64,000 nucleotides of DNA from an uncultured Saprospirales bacterium (GCA_938008535.1 CALLKF010000155.1:10885-74884), one strand, 5' to 3'; shown: positions 18,422 through 28,691, counted from the first letter of the stretch. Translations and numbers: made by a program. Notes: generated by a model from the letters alone, not told the origin.

Positions 18422-19636
18422 TTATAATTTTATTATTTCAGCAAACTTTTCTGTCAACAGTTTTTCGCTGTTTTTTTCAGCATATAGTTTCCATTGTTCT
18501 GTTGGAAAATCCTGGTGTATAATTTTGTTTCTTAGTAGTTCTAGTTTATCCAATTGTTCGTTTATGTTTTCTGATGCAGCAATTTCACCTAAATTATAGT
18601 TTGTTACATTTTCGCCGACAAAGTGTTTATTGCTAGCTAAAACTAATTTATTAAAAACTGCTGCTTTTGTTAATCGATTGCTTGATGTAAAATGTTCTCT
18701 ATACACCATGTAAACAATATCAAAGGTATTAAAAATTGCGTTGTAATCTTGTTCATCTTTCAAATAATTGGTATTCCAAAGCACGTTTTCGGGCAAATCT
18801 TGTTGAAAAGACACAAAAAATTGCCTGTCAGCGTCGTCTCTACAATACGAAAGGAATGTATCATCATAATAACCACAAAACACAAAATAGTAATTATCTG
18901 AATTGGCAGCTAATGCCAATTTAGCCATTTCAATACTACCTTTAAATGTTTCTAAGCCAATTAAACCAACAATAGTTCTATTGTTGGATTTTTGTTTTAT
19001 TTCAATAGCTAGTGTTGGTTTTTGAATAGGTAATGATGTGTCAGTGATATCTGGTAAGGCAACTACTTTTTTATTAATTCTGTATTGCATTCCAGCGGCA
19101 ATTCCTTCGTCAGCAACAGCAACGCCAGTGCAATTTTGGCTAGTGAATAAATAGTCGATGTCGGAAATTTTTGTTTTTCTTTTCTCAATGTCTTTATACA
19201 TACGCATATAGCGTGTGTGCACATAAAAACCAGACCATTTGTATTTAAAAAAGAAACGATGTATTATTGGATGAAAGAAACACGCCAAAAAAGTATCGAT
19301 ATTATTTAAAAAGAAAAAATCAATTTTGATGTTGTGTTCAGATTCAATTTTTCTTAATACTTTCTTATATTCTAACCAACATTTAATCACATAGCAAACA
19401 TCGTCGGAATAGCTAAAAAAACTCTTTTTGTAAACTATTTTTTTAGCATTAAATTCAACATAAATATTATTATTTGCATCCAAATGTATATTTTCCATCC
19501 ATGATTTAACAAGATGAACTTCTGGAATTATACAAACAACGTTATAACCTAATTCGGTAAACGATTTTACAAACTGCTGCATGTGATACAGTCGATGTCC
19601 TTTTGCTGAATTATCAATAATTGCAATAGTCTTCAT
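18422..19636 (-). CDS. Hypothetical protein, possibly a divergent GT-B glycosyltransferase
   Basis: 404 aa in the GT operon. The C-terminal SSNRLTKAAVFNKLVLAS resembles a GT-B nucleotide-sugar lobe, but no canonical family motif was recognised. Confidence 0.5.
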   Translation of the reverse strand: MKTIAIIDNSAKGHRLYHMQQFVKSFTELGYNVVCIIPEVHLVKSWMENIHLDANNNIYVEFNAKKIVYKKSFFSYSDDVCYVIKCWLEYKKVLRKIESEHNIKIDFFFLNNIDTFLACFFHPIIHRFFFKYKWSGFYVHTRYMRMYKDIEKRKTKISDIDYLFTSQNCTGVAVADEGIAAGMQYRINKKVVALPDITDTSLPIQKPTLAIEIKQKSNNRTIVGLIGLETFKGSIEMAKLALAANSDNYYFVFCGYYDDTFLSYCRDDADRQFFVSFQQDLPENVLWNTNYLKDEQDYNAIFNTFDIVYMVYREHFTSSNRLTKAAVFNKLVLASNKHFVGENVTNYNLGEIAASENINEQLDKLELLRNKIIHQDFPTEQWKLYAEKNSEKLLTEKFAEIIKL

Positions 19637-19638
19637 GC

Positions 19639-20448
19639 TTAGCGGTGCGATTTTGGCGCAAAAAACTTATTTAAAATCTGCAAAAAAGCATCATTTTTTA
19701 AATAATCAAAATAGAGTTGCTTGTATGGATGCTGACAATAATGAGGATGCCATGCTTTATGCATGCCTGTATAATGTACAATGTTTGGTTGAGTTTCTTT
19801 TAAATTTAATGCAACACCTAAGGTAACATTCCATTTGTGGTCTAATGCCAATCGTTGTTTATATAAAACAGCATTAAATGCATCTTGGTCCCAACTGAAT
19901 AATTTTTCTTCGTTTGCTAAAATAAATTCTGATAGTTTTTCTATAAGATGTTCTTCTCTGAATTTCTGAAGATTCATCAACAACACACCTGAATTAAAAT
20001 AATTATAACCAAATGGAATATTTAGTAAATGCACTGCGTTATCGTTTTCTTCATCTGCTGCTGCTAATGCATATCCAACAATATCTGTGTTGTACAATTC
20101 ACTAATATTCGTGTTGATAATCATATCTACATCTAAATAAAGAATTTTATCTATCGATTCATCTAAAATTTCTGGAAGAAAAATTCGATAATAATTTACA
20201 AAATCGGCGTGTGCAGAAATGCAAAAGTTATTTATTTTTTGTTCTATTTCTTTTGATAAAACGTGAAATGTATAATTACATTGATAGCGTTTCAGCGTTC
20301 TTTTTAACAGTTGTAGTTTATACGATTTCGAATTCGTTAAAACGTGGACATGAATCTGATTTTTTTTATTGTTTTCTAATAAAGAAGTCAACATCACACA
20401 TGCAGGTATGATAAAATCTTCATTTATAGTGATGGCAATATGAATCAT
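19639..20448 (-). CDS. Glycosyltransferase family 8 (LPS alpha-glycosyltransferase-like)
   Basis: ILYLDVDMII (DxD) and FNSGVLLMNL. I place the start at the internal Met (MIHIAITINEDF), 2 nt after the upstream stop. The track start at 20490 would overlap the upstream gene by 40 nt. Confidence 0.8.
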   Translation of the reverse strand: MIHIAITINEDFIIPACVMLTSLLENNKKNQIHVHVLTNSKSYKLQLLKRTLKRYQCNYTFHVLSKEIEQKINNFCISAHADFVNYYRIFLPEILDESIDKILYLDVDMIINTNISELYNTDIVGYALAAADEENDNAVHLLNIPFGYNYFNSGVLLMNLQKFREEHLIEKLSEFILANEEKLFSWDQDAFNAVLYKQRLALDHKWNVTLGVALNLKETQPNIVHYTGMHKAWHPHYCQHPYKQLYFDYLKNDAFLQILNKFFAPKSHR

Positions 20449-20450
20449 TT

Positions 20451-21290
20451 CTAATTTTTCGTGGTTGCCCAAATCCATTCCATAGTGCAAGGTCGCACTT
20501 CTGCAAACAATTCTTTTTTGGTAAAAATATCTTGTTGTGCTGCTTCTTTGTATTGATAATATTTTGCTTTCAAATTATCATCCAAACTAGCAATTGTTTG
20601 AATATGATGTGAGCCAGATAAAAGCGATGAAATAGTAGATGAGATGGTTAAGTCAACAAAATCATGTGTTTCAATAAGTATATCAACATTTTTTAAATAA
20701 GGAACAGATTCTTTTATAAACAAGTTTTTTTCATATCCTTCGCAATCGCAGATGATAACAATTTTTTTCGTTGCATCTAATTTTTTAATGTCATCTATTG
20801 TGAATGTTTCTTTGATTTGTATTTTATCTTGAACACTATTTAATGTTGCCATTTCCAAGCATAATTTTCTAGCATTTGCATCTGTATCATACGCCAAAAC
20901 AGTAGCATTTGATTGTATTGCCAAGCCAACAGCATAATAACCTTCAGCACAGCCAACGTCAATAATTACATCATAATTATTTTGGATAATGTGTTGAATA
21001 ACATTGTTTAATTCTGCTTCGTAGCTTCCAATAATTTTTGGAAAAATCGTACTGCAAACCGAATCATACGATGGATATTTCATTCCTTTGAACAAGCCAT
21101 TTTTAACTACTGGGTCGCCAACAATTGATATTAATTTTGAATCGTTTTTATTTGATAAACCAATAGCAGTTTGTTCTTTTTTAATTGCTTGTACATGGTT
21201 GTTTAAATACACAATAGGCATGTATAATTTATACAGCCAATTCTGATTGGCAATTAATTTGGCTAAAAATCGCAGGGCACTTTTTATCAT
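20451..21290 (-). CDS. Class I SAM-dependent methyltransferase located immediately after wzt
   Basis: IIDVGCAEGYYAV motif I; 279 aa. Confidence 0.7.
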   Translation of the reverse strand: MIKSALRFLAKLIANQNWLYKLYMPIVYLNNHVQAIKKEQTAIGLSNKNDSKLISIVGDPVVKNGLFKGMKYPSYDSVCSTIFPKIIGSYEAELNNVIQHIIQNNYDVIIDVGCAEGYYAVGLAIQSNATVLAYDTDANARKLCLEMATLNSVQDKIQIKETFTIDDIKKLDATKKIVIICDCEGYEKNLFIKESVPYLKNVDILIETHDFVDLTISSTISSLLSGSHHIQTIASLDDNLKAKYYQYKEAAQQDIFTKKELFAEVRPCTMEWIWATTKN

Positions 21291-21291
21291 A

Positions 21292-22569
21292 TTAGTTATT
21301 TATCAGTTGCCATTTTGGATGCATGATTGTCATTCCAACAGATGGTTTATACAGCGCATTATTATCTTCACTATCTTTTGATAATAACTCAATATTGGTT
21401 ACACTTGGAACATATTCTAAAATGCCATAAAAACTAGCAGCACCCAAATTTATCTGGTACGAGCCCGATTTTATTGGCAATGGTAATTCGCAGCGAATTG
21501 TATATTGCTTATTAGGTAAAACTTCAATTTTTGGATAATTTTCAGTAGAACGACAATCAATTAACGTATTTCCTAGCGAATCAGAAATAGAAAAGGCAAT
21601 GACACAATCTTCTATTTGTCTTTTTGATTCAAAAGTAATAACGAATTCAATAGTGTCTTCTTCAAAATATTCTTCACTGTTATTTAGATTTTTAATTTGC
21701 AATTTCGTGATTTGAAAATAATCAGCGCGCGGACCAACTCTAGGAATTGCAGATACATTTACCAAATTATTAGTGTTTCCAGAAAGTGTATATTTTGAAA
21801 TTGCTGTGCTGATATCACCAGCAAAAGTTAGGTGACCATTTTCTAACAACATACCTTTTTTACATAACCCTTGTACTTGTGACAAATTATGACTCACAAA
21901 CAATACCGTTTTTCCTTGATTAGAAGCTGCGTCATTCATTTTTCCAAGGCATTTGCGTTGAAAACTGGCGTCACCAACGGCTAATACTTCGTCTAAAATT
22001 AAAATATCGGTATCTAAATGCGCTGCAACCGCAAACGCCAAACGAACGTACATTCCAGAAGAATAGCGTTTCACTGGTGTGTCGATATATTTTTCGACGC
22101 CAGCAAAATCTATAATTTCATCAATTTTTGAGGAAATTTCTTTTTTCTTCATTCCTAAAATAGCGCCATTCAAATACACATTTTCTCTGCCAGTTAATTC
22201 GCCGTGAAAACCAGTACCAACTTCCAAAAGCGAAGCCATTTTTCCTTTGTACTTAATTTCACCAATAGTTGGCGATGTTACTTTGGATAATAATTTTAAC
22301 AATGTTGATTTTCCAGCACCATTTTTACCAATCACGCCCCAAACTTCGCCTCTATTAATCTCAAAATTAATATCACGAAGTGCCCAAACATAATCGCTGC
22401 TGCCTTTTTGCGTTCGGTCGTTCGTTTCACCAATTTTAAGATATGGATCTTCTTTTCCACGCAAGCGCGACCACCAACGGTTTAAATCGTGGCTTAATGA
22501 GCCAGTTCCAATTTCGCCTAAACGATATTGTTTACTTACATTTTCTACTTTTATGATGGTATTTGACAT
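21292..22569 (-). CDS. wzt: Polysaccharide ABC exporter ATP-binding protein with a ~170-aa C-terminal extension (Wzt-type)
   Basis: Walker A GKNGAGKST, signature YSSGMYVRLAFA, Walker B ILILDEVLAVGD, then an extra non-NBD C-terminal domain. Confidence 0.88.
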   Translation of the reverse strand: MSNTIIKVENVSKQYRLGEIGTGSLSHDLNRWWSRLRGKEDPYLKIGETNDRTQKGSSDYVWALRDINFEINRGEVWGVIGKNGAGKSTLLKLLSKVTSPTIGEIKYKGKMASLLEVGTGFHGELTGRENVYLNGAILGMKKKEISSKIDEIIDFAGVEKYIDTPVKRYSSGMYVRLAFAVAAHLDTDILILDEVLAVGDASFQRKCLGKMNDAASNQGKTVLFVSHNLSQVQGLCKKGMLLENGHLTFAGDISTAISKYTLSGNTNNLVNVSAIPRVGPRADYFQITKLQIKNLNNSEEYFEEDTIEFVITFESKRQIEDCVIAFSISDSLGNTLIDCRSTENYPKIEVLPNKQYTIRCELPLPIKSGSYQINLGAASFYGILEYVPSVTNIELLSKDSEDNNALYKPSVGMTIMHPKWQLINN

Positions 22570-22572
22570 GTT

Positions 22573-23427
22573 TTAAACGGTATCTGTAAACGTTTTTTCT
22601 GTTTTATTAAAGATATAAAATCCAACCAATAATAATAGCAATGTAATGAGGATGCTATATAAAATGTGCATCCAATTAAAAACACCTTTATCAATGCCTA
22701 AAAATGCTACACGAAAAGTTTCCATTACAGTAGTCATAGGGTTTGCTAGAATAAATGATTCTAGACGGCTACCACTTACTTTGCTTAAAGGATAAATTAC
22801 TGGTGTTGCATACATTAATAATTGTACTCCAAATTGAACCAAAAAAGTTAAATCTCTATATTTAGTGGTTAATGACGTAATAATCATGCCTAATCCAAGA
22901 CCTAATCCAGCCATAATAAAAATTAAAACCGGTACTAATAAAATATAAATACTTGGTTGCAACGGTGCTTTTTCTATAAATACAAAATAAGCCAATGCAA
23001 CAATAAATAAGCTAAACTGAATTGCAAATTTTAACAAGTTGGAAAAAACAATAGAAAGAGGCAAAATCAATCTTGGAAAATATACTTTACCAAAAATGTA
23101 AGCATTGTCTTTAAAAGTAGAAGATGTTTTATTTAAACATTCTGAAAAATAATTCCAAGCAGCAATACCTGATAAATAAAATAAAACAGGACTAACAGGT
23201 GTTTCGATATTAGCAACACGGTTAAAAATGACGACGTACATTAACATTGTTAAAATTGGCTGAATAAAAAACCAAAGTGGTCCTAAAACGGTTTGTTTGT
23301 AATTGGTAACAATATCTCGTTTTACAAACATCCATAATAAATCACGATAATGCCAAACTTCTTTGATAGAAGACAGCGAAAAAGTAGATTTGCTTTTAAT
23401 GACGTTTGACCAGTTATCTTGTTGCAT
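22573..23427 (-). CDS. wzm: ABC-2 type polysaccharide exporter permease
   Basis: 284 aa, about 6 hydrophobic segments, directly upstream of wzt. Confidence 0.85.
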   Translation of the reverse strand: MQQDNWSNVIKSKSTFSLSSIKEVWHYRDLLWMFVKRDIVTNYKQTVLGPLWFFIQPILTMLMYVVIFNRVANIETPVSPVLFYLSGIAAWNYFSECLNKTSSTFKDNAYIFGKVYFPRLILPLSIVFSNLLKFAIQFSLFIVALAYFVFIEKAPLQPSIYILLVPVLIFIMAGLGLGLGMIITSLTTKYRDLTFLVQFGVQLLMYATPVIYPLSKVSGSRLESFILANPMTTVMETFRVAFLGIDKGVFNWMHILYSILITLLLLLVGFYIFNKTEKTFTDTV

Positions 23428-23483
23428 AGAAAGTGCAAATATAGCTATTGATTAATAAAGATGTATTTTTCAGAATATTTCTC

Positions 23484-23491
23484 TACTTTTG
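23484..23491 (+). promoter_or_regulatory. Candidate -7 box (TAnnTTTG)
   Basis: TACTTTTG lies 22 nt upstream of ATG 23514. Confidence 0.3.
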
Positions 23492-23513
23492 AGCGTATTT
23501 TATCTCCAAATGT

Positions 23514-24185
23514 ATGTTTAAAGGTATAAAAAATCGAATTTTCAACTTTTTTTTAAATAAAGATGAAAAAAAATCGACAGATATTCAAGTTGGTGATGTT
23601 TTTAAGGACATCTATCAAAATAATACTTGGCAAGACGACGAAAGTGTGTCGGGAACAGGTAGTAACTTAAAACAAACGCAAGAGATAATTAATCAATTGC
23701 CCAATATTTTCAAACAACATGGTGTTCATTCTATTTTAGATTTACCTTGTGGTGATTATAATTGGATGAAACATGTTGATTTGAGTGATATAAATTATAT
23801 AGGTGGCGATATTGTACCCGAAATTATTAATAAAAACAATCAACAATATGCAAGCTCTTCAGTTAGTTTTGTAGAATTGAATCTCATTACGGATAAGCTT
23901 CCTGATGTAGATCTTGTTTTTTGCCGTGATTGTCTGGTGCATCTTAGTATAGCTCAAATTATGGATGCATTACAGAATATTAAAAAAAGCAATGCTAAAT
24001 ATTTACTTACAACTTCATTTACCAACACAAAATTAAACAGAGATATTGTTACTGGTGATTGGCGTCCCATAAATTTAGAAATAGTGCCTTTTAATTTAAA
24101 ACCCATTTATACTTTGGTTGAAAAATGCACAGAGTTTGACGGCATGTATAAGGATAAGTCTTTAATACTTTTAGAATTAAAATAA
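23514..24185 (+). CDS. Class I SAM-dependent methyltransferase
   Basis: ILDLPCGDYNWM and FCRDCLVHL motifs; 223 aa. Confidence 0.7.
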   Translation: MFKGIKNRIFNFFLNKDEKKSTDIQVGDVFKDIYQNNTWQDDESVSGTGSNLKQTQEIINQLPNIFKQHGVHSILDLPCGDYNWMKHVDLSDINYIGGDIVPEIINKNNQQYASSSVSFVELNLITDKLPDVDLVFCRDCLVHLSIAQIMDALQNIKKSNAKYLLTTSFTNTKLNRDIVTGDWRPINLEIVPFNLKPIYTLVEKCTEFDGMYKDKSLILLELK

Positions 24186-24210
24186 CTACCACATTAAAAT
24201 TCTTTATTTA

Positions 24211-25227
24211 TTAATTAAAATATTTTTTATAATAAAGAATTTTCTTTTCAAAAAAAGTGTAACTAATTATAGAAACTATGTAATATATGGTAAACATAGA
24301 ACTAGAATAAAGGAAAGAAACTAATGTGCTATATCCTAAGGTAGAAGTAAAAAAATTTAATAATACAGGACCAAATAGGATTCCAATTGGCCAACTGTAT
24401 AAATACAATCCGTATGAGATTTTACCAGTAAATAATAAAAACCTATTAGATAGTATTTTAACTATTAGATTGCCAATCCTAATATTTGTAAAACTTACAA
24501 AAAGTATTGCGCCAAAATATAAATCATATAAAGTATAACCAATTCTAACATTAAAATCAGAATTTGCAGGAATCATATCTGGATATAATAAAATACAAGC
24601 AGTAAAACAGACTATATATAATAGCAATAAATTTTTCACGTATTTAATAAACTTGTTGTTTTGAATTAAATTTGAGCGGAACAATATCGCAATTATTGAT
24701 CCAATTGCAAGTCCATCAATTCTTGTGAAGGTATTATAAAATGCAAATTGCGACAAAGGGTATAAGTTTTTTAATGTTATTGCAAATAGAATAATTAATA
24801 AACAGAAAAAGAATAACTTCTTTCTATTTATTGTAAAAATTACTAATGGCCAAAAAATATAGAATTGTTCTTCAACACATAGAGACCAAAGATGAAGGAT
24901 AGATACATCTTTAGGAAAATACCATAAAGAATATATCCAATTTTCAGTGTATGATAAAAGGTACCATTTTAAATTGGCAATACTATTGTAATCGTGTAGA
25001 AATTTAAATTTGCATATTGGATATATGACTAATAAAAACAACAAAAACAAATAATATAATGGAAAAATTCTTAGTATTCTTTTTATATAAAAATTCTTAA
25101 AATAGTTTTGTTTGTTTTTAGAATCCAATAATATTCCTGTTATTAAAAACCCAGATAATACTAAAAATAAATCAACTCCAACCCATCCTATATGTGCAAA
25201 ATAAAACCCATCTAAGTTATGTCCCAT
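24211..25227 (-). CDS. Acyltransferase family 3 membrane protein (O-acyltransferase); the start codon is problematic
   Basis: Multi-TM protein. The family-typical N-terminal motif HLDGLRGLAILFIL is encoded in-frame upstream of the first ATG (open to 25311), with no ATG, GTG or TTG available. Confidence 0.7.
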   Translation of the reverse strand: MGHNLDGFYFAHIGWVGVDLFLVLSGFLITGILLDSKNKQNYFKNFYIKRILRIFPLYYLFLLFLLVIYPICKFKFLHDYNSIANLKWYLLSYTENWIYSLWYFPKDVSILHLWSLCVEEQFYIFWPLVIFTINRKKLFFFCLLIILFAITLKNLYPLSQFAFYNTFTRIDGLAIGSIIAILFRSNLIQNNKFIKYVKNLLLLYIVCFTACILLYPDMIPANSDFNVRIGYTLYDLYFGAILFVSFTNIRIGNLIVKILSNRFLLFTGKISYGLYLYSWPIGILFGPVLLNFFTSTLGYSTLVSFLYSSSMFTIYYIVSIISYTFFEKKILYYKKYFN

Positions 25228-25352
25228 TAAAATAAATAATATTGCTAATCCTCTGAGACCGTCAAGATGAGGAATATGTTTTTGAATTTGATAGTTGATA
25301 ATTGTTGCTATTTAAATGTTAAAATCTTATTGAATCAAATAGCTTTATCAAA

Positions 25353-26555
25353 TTACTTACTTAATAAATCATGATACAAATTATTATAATTCTGAACCAT
25401 GTTCGTTAAAGTAAATTTATTTTTTACAGTCTTTGCTGCAAAACTACCAATTGAATGAATAAAATTAATATTATGCAAGGTAGTATTTAATTGTTTAATT
25501 AATGTTTCTTTAGAGTTAAATAAAAAACCTGTTTCTTCTTGTGTAATTATTTCTGGAATGCCACCCACAGAAGATGCAAATACACATGCACCACAAGCCA
25601 TTGCTTCTAACGGAACCAAACCAAACGATTCGGCATTAGATGGAAAAATTAATACATCAACAGATCTAAACAAATCAGCCAATTTCTTTCGGTCGCTGAT
25701 ATAAGGCAATGTGGTTGTTTTGACGCCATCAATAAAAATATTTTTTCCAACAACAATTAATTCAAATGGTATGGTTATTTTCGAAAGCACTTCTTCGAAA
25801 ATTGATTCGCCTTTAAAAGGATTTTGTGACGAAAAAATTAATATTTTAACTAGTTCATTTTTATTGCGTTCAATAGTATAAAAAACGGAATCATCGTATC
25901 CGTTATAAATCATTTTTTCTTTTATTTTATTGTCATACACATAAGAAGATAACAAACAGTTTTCGAGCCAATTGCTTACTGGAACAAAACATAAATTTTT
26001 ATGAATAGAGTAATAGATTTTTTTCTTTAATTCTAAGAAATGTTGTCTTCGGTCTATGAGTGGACTTGAAATTGGTGGAATATGTTTATAAGGTGTTGCT
26101 CCAATACCTTTTTTATAATTTTCATTTTCAAAAACATGTGCTTCGCCACCAGTAATTGGCCACATATCATGCAGTGTCCAAACTATTTTTTTCTCTTTGG
26201 CTATTTGTATGAGTGCATTTAAATCGAAATAACCACCATGAATATTGTGTAAATGAATGATATCTGCTTGTTGATATGCAGTAGTTTTTTTTAATTTTTG
26301 ATATGTGCAATTAAATTCTTCTTCTATAAAAAAAGCTTTTTTAAACACTTTTTTTATACCTAATTTCCAAATAATTTTATTAAGAAATAAAAAAAAAGAA
26401 TCAATTAAATTCTTTGATAATGTTTGTATTTGCACATCACTCTGGAAAGATTCTTTCACAAGCATACGATTTTCGCCATTACTTTTTAATAGACTATATG
26501 CAATGGTTTCAGCACCACCAGTCTGGTTAAATGTATTGATGTGCAAGATTTTCAT
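25353..26555 (-). CDS. Glycosyltransferase, GT4
   Basis: ESFGLVPLEAMACGACVFASSVGGIPEII (E-x7-E). Confidence 0.85.
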   Translation of the reverse strand: MKILHINTFNQTGGAETIAYSLLKSNGENRMLVKESFQSDVQIQTLSKNLIDSFFLFLNKIIWKLGIKKVFKKAFFIEEEFNCTYQKLKKTTAYQQADIIHLHNIHGGYFDLNALIQIAKEKKIVWTLHDMWPITGGEAHVFENENYKKGIGATPYKHIPPISSPLIDRRQHFLELKKKIYYSIHKNLCFVPVSNWLENCLLSSYVYDNKIKEKMIYNGYDDSVFYTIERNKNELVKILIFSSQNPFKGESIFEEVLSKITIPFELIVVGKNIFIDGVKTTTLPYISDRKKLADLFRSVDVLIFPSNAESFGLVPLEAMACGACVFASSVGGIPEIITQEETGFLFNSKETLIKQLNTTLHNINFIHSIGSFAAKTVKNKFTLTNMVQNYNNLYHDLLSK

Positions 26556-27751
26556 TATAAACCAATTTTCTTTAAGTTTAATACTAAATCGGTTCTAAAA
26601 TTATCGACAGAGTGATGAGAATTTATATATTGATATGCCCTTTTGCTTTTTGTAATGACCTCTTCTTCTGAGAATGAAAGTGCTTTTTTTACTGCTTTAT
26701 CAATTCCTTCCAAATTAATTTCTTCGATAATAATTCCGAAATCTTGCACATCTAAGCTGCATTGTTTTGTTAAAATAGGAACTAGTCCACCATTACCAAT
26801 AACAGTTAAAGCAGAAGCAGAGGTGCCTTCACTTGCAGATGGATAAATATAAAAATTGGTTTGTTCTAAAATGTTCTGAAAGATTGGTGTGGTAATATCT
26901 ACAAAACCATGTACAATAATGTTTTTAGACGCATCTAATTTTGGTTTGTAGGTTTCGTAAAATGCATTTTCCTGAAAGATTGAACCACAAACATGAAGCG
27001 TTAGATCCAGATGTTGTGAAAAATAATCAATTAATAAATCTAGTCCGCGGTGAATTAAGCCAGAGCTTCCAAAAAATAAAAAGCTAGTACTACTTTTTTT
27101 GAAATCTTTTTTTTCTAAATCAATGTTAATTGTTTTATGAAAAAATGCCGAAATACAAATTATATTTTCAGGATTATGAATATAATATGGAACATACGTG
27201 CTTTTAGTGAATTCATTTCCCCAAACAAACATATAATCAGAGATGCTGATTTGAAGTGGAAATAAATACCGGTTAAAAATCATGGAATCTACCAAATATT
27301 TATGCGTTGATTGATAGTTTTGTTTGAGCCGCACAAAAGCATTGGTATTTAAATAAAACGTATGGCAACCAGTGGCATAAATAATTGTTTTAATTTGATT
27401 TATTTTTGGGTGTGAAAATATTTTATCCATAGCATAACCTTGTCCAAAAACTGCAAAATATTTCTCTACATCAATTTCTTCTAAAGTTATTTCATCATCA
27501 TTGTAATTTATTACATCTACATTATAACATAAAGATTTAAAAGCCGAAGCGATTTCAACACTTTCAGCAAAAGCCGTATGTTTATAACTCATGCCTGATA
27601 TAAATGGTTCTGTAAGATGTATGAGGAGAATATTTCTTTCAAAAGATGTATTAAAGATATTATGCAGAATATACTTTTTATAGGTTGGTTTACCTATTCG
27701 GATCCCTTTTTTAAATAAAAAATTTTTGATATGTTTTTTTAGTGAAGTCAA
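26555..27751 (-). CDS. Glycosyltransferase, GT-B/GT4-like
   Basis: YPSASEGTSASALTVIGNGGLVPILT region. A 1-nt overlap with the downstream GT4 gene. Confidence 0.6.
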   Translation of the reverse strand: MTSLKKHIKNFLFKKGIRIGKPTYKKYILHNIFNTSFERNILLIHLTEPFISGMSYKHTAFAESVEIASAFKSLCYNVDVINYNDDEITLEEIDVEKYFAVFGQGYAMDKIFSHPKINQIKTIIYATGCHTFYLNTNAFVRLKQNYQSTHKYLVDSMIFNRYLFPLQISISDYMFVWGNEFTKSTYVPYYIHNPENIICISAFFHKTINIDLEKKDFKKSSTSFLFFGSSGLIHRGLDLLIDYFSQHLDLTLHVCGSIFQENAFYETYKPKLDASKNIIVHGFVDITTPIFQNILEQTNFYIYPSASEGTSASALTVIGNGGLVPILTKQCSLDVQDFGIIIEEINLEGIDKAVKKALSFSEEEVITKSKRAYQYINSHHSVDNFRTDLVLNLKKIGL

Positions 27752-27752
27752 T

Positions 27753-28691
27753 TTATTCTCTGTTTTTTATTGTTCGTTTTATTTTATTTTTTATTCGAGT
27801 TAGGAGACTAACAGGTTTATGATCGTTATTAATTACTTGTTCAATTAATAACTGATGTTTCTGTTCTGTCGTTGTATCAATTTCAATTTTTACTGGATGC
27901 CTGAGTTTTTTAATGTTGATATCATAAACAGCGAGATTTTGAGAAAGTGAAATTTTTTGTTCAGAGTGTGTACCAGTAAATCCAATATTACGAATCTGAT
28001 TTTTGATTGGATTTATGCAAGCACCGTCATTTTTTAAAATAGAAAGCATCCATTGCACATCCCAAGTATTAATTTTATGTTCAATTACTGCATTAAGTGT
28101 ATCAACATAACTCTTTCTGATGGTTAGGTTTTGTATTTTATTAAAATAAACAAGATCTTCTTTAGTAACATTTAAATTCATTTTTTTCCATGCTCTACGC
28201 CAAGATGCCCAACCCCAAATAGCAGAAAAAGAAGAAAAATAGTAATCGTTTGGATAATTAAAATCATTTTTAAATAAACTCAATCCACCAATCATCATTA
28301 ATTGTTCTTGACTATGATATCGATTTAACAAACATTCAGAGAAAGTAAAAAAGGAGCTTGTAGGAATACAGTCATCTTCTAGAATGATTCCCATTTCTTC
28401 GTGTTCAAAAAACCAATCAATCGCACTTTTTACTGCATTACAACAACCTAAATTTTGCTCTCTGTACAATGTCTTAATGGTACAATCCCAATTAATTTTT
28501 TCAAAAATTGCTTTCGTTTGTAAGCATAGTTCTTTTTCACCAGGTATATTTAATCGTGGTCCATCTGCTGCAATATAAATTTTAGGAGGTTGTATTTGAC
28601 TGATTGCATGAAACAACTGTTCAGTAGTATCAGGTCTGTTAAATATTAATAAGAGTACTGGTGTTGTAAGCATATTAGGATAAACAAACAA
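27753..28691 (-). CDS. GT-A fold nucleotide-diphospho-sugar transferase (HlpA-like family)
   Basis: The N-terminus PVLLLIFNRPDTTEQLF...KIYIAADGPR matches my recollection of this family. Confidence 0.55.
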   Translation of the reverse strand: MFVYPNMLTTPVLLLIFNRPDTTEQLFHAISQIQPPKIYIAADGPRLNIPGEKELCLQTKAIFEKINWDCTIKTLYREQNLGCCNAVKSAIDWFFEHEEMGIILEDDCIPTSSFFTFSECLLNRYHSQEQLMMIGGLSLFKNDFNYPNDYYFSSFSAIWGWASWRRAWKKMNLNVTKEDLVYFNKIQNLTIRKSYVDTLNAVIEHKINTWDVQWMLSILKNDGACINPIKNQIRNIGFTGTHSEQKISLSQNLAVYDINIKKLRHPVKIEIDTTTEQKHQLLIEQVINNDHKPVSLLTRIKNKIKRTIKNRE

